A stretch of DNA of 64,000 nucleotides, taken from contig OZ024741.1 of NCBI GenBank assembly GCA_964016885.1, positions 240,126,001-240,190,000 of the forward strand, read 5' to 3'. A program made the position numbers and the translations under genes. A model generated the notes under the pieces. The model was not told the origin of the DNA. It did not search any database and saw only the letters and a list, made by a program, of their open reading frames with translations. Positions 63,601-64,000 of the stretch are shown here, piece by piece. How positions within the stretch are numbered: the first letter of the stretch is position 1; every line of letters starts with the position of its first letter. Source of the stretch: Eledone cirrhosa. Lineage: Eukaryota.

Positions 63601-64000
63601 ATTGTTGTAGTAGTTGTGTTCGTACTGGTTAAAGATGTCCTGATTAGGTAAGGAGAGAATCTAAAACAGAAATATATTTTATCTGTTATCATCATCCGAC
63701 ATAAATCACACTTTAAAGCTATATTATCTTTATAAAGATACTATTACAGAAATAATTATCATAAAAGTAAACTGAAAAATATGAATTTTGCATAAAAAAA
63801 AGGCAGAAGAGACAATCTTTTGGTTTAAGTTGAAGCAAGGTTATGGAGAAACTTAAGAAAGAAAAGGGAAGATGTGTGTAGGCTGGTCTCAGAATATTTA
63901 ATATTAGGAGGAAAATAATATTAGGAAGAAAATAAGAAAACATGTGGCAAGTTGTGTTGGAGAATTACTGTTTCCAACCTAAAGAAGGAAGGGAGTACTA

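Overview
AT-rich animal genomic DNA, inferred to be octopus (coleoid cephalopod) from the protocadherin type and the repeat families. The window is a head-to-tail, minus-strand tandem array of eight protocadherin genes, labelled A-H from left to right. A is cut by the left edge, and H lacks its first exon at the right edge. From splice signals, each 8-10 kb unit has four parts. (1) A highly conserved ~440-bp promoter/non-coding exon 1 cassette with a fixed-spacing inverted CCAAT pair, a CACGTCA motif, a 14-codon uORF and an AG|GTAAGT donor. (2) A long, transposon-filled intron 1. (3) One large exon encoding signal peptide, six cadherin repeats, TM and proximal tail. (4) Two small tail exons (166 nt and 77 coding nt) ending ...PVKHV*, giving ~870-872 aa proteins. 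The ORF-track C-termini are intron read-through. Paralogs are almost identical in most of EC1, in EC4-6, TM and tail, but differ in late EC1 to EC3, forming two subfamilies with mosaic members. Introns carry two Helitron-like elements, tRNA-derived SINEs, piggyBac-like MITEs, a CR1-type LINE with a 437-bp fold-back, Penelope and R4-like relics, and minisatellites. Coordinates were read by eye and no alignments or database searches were run.
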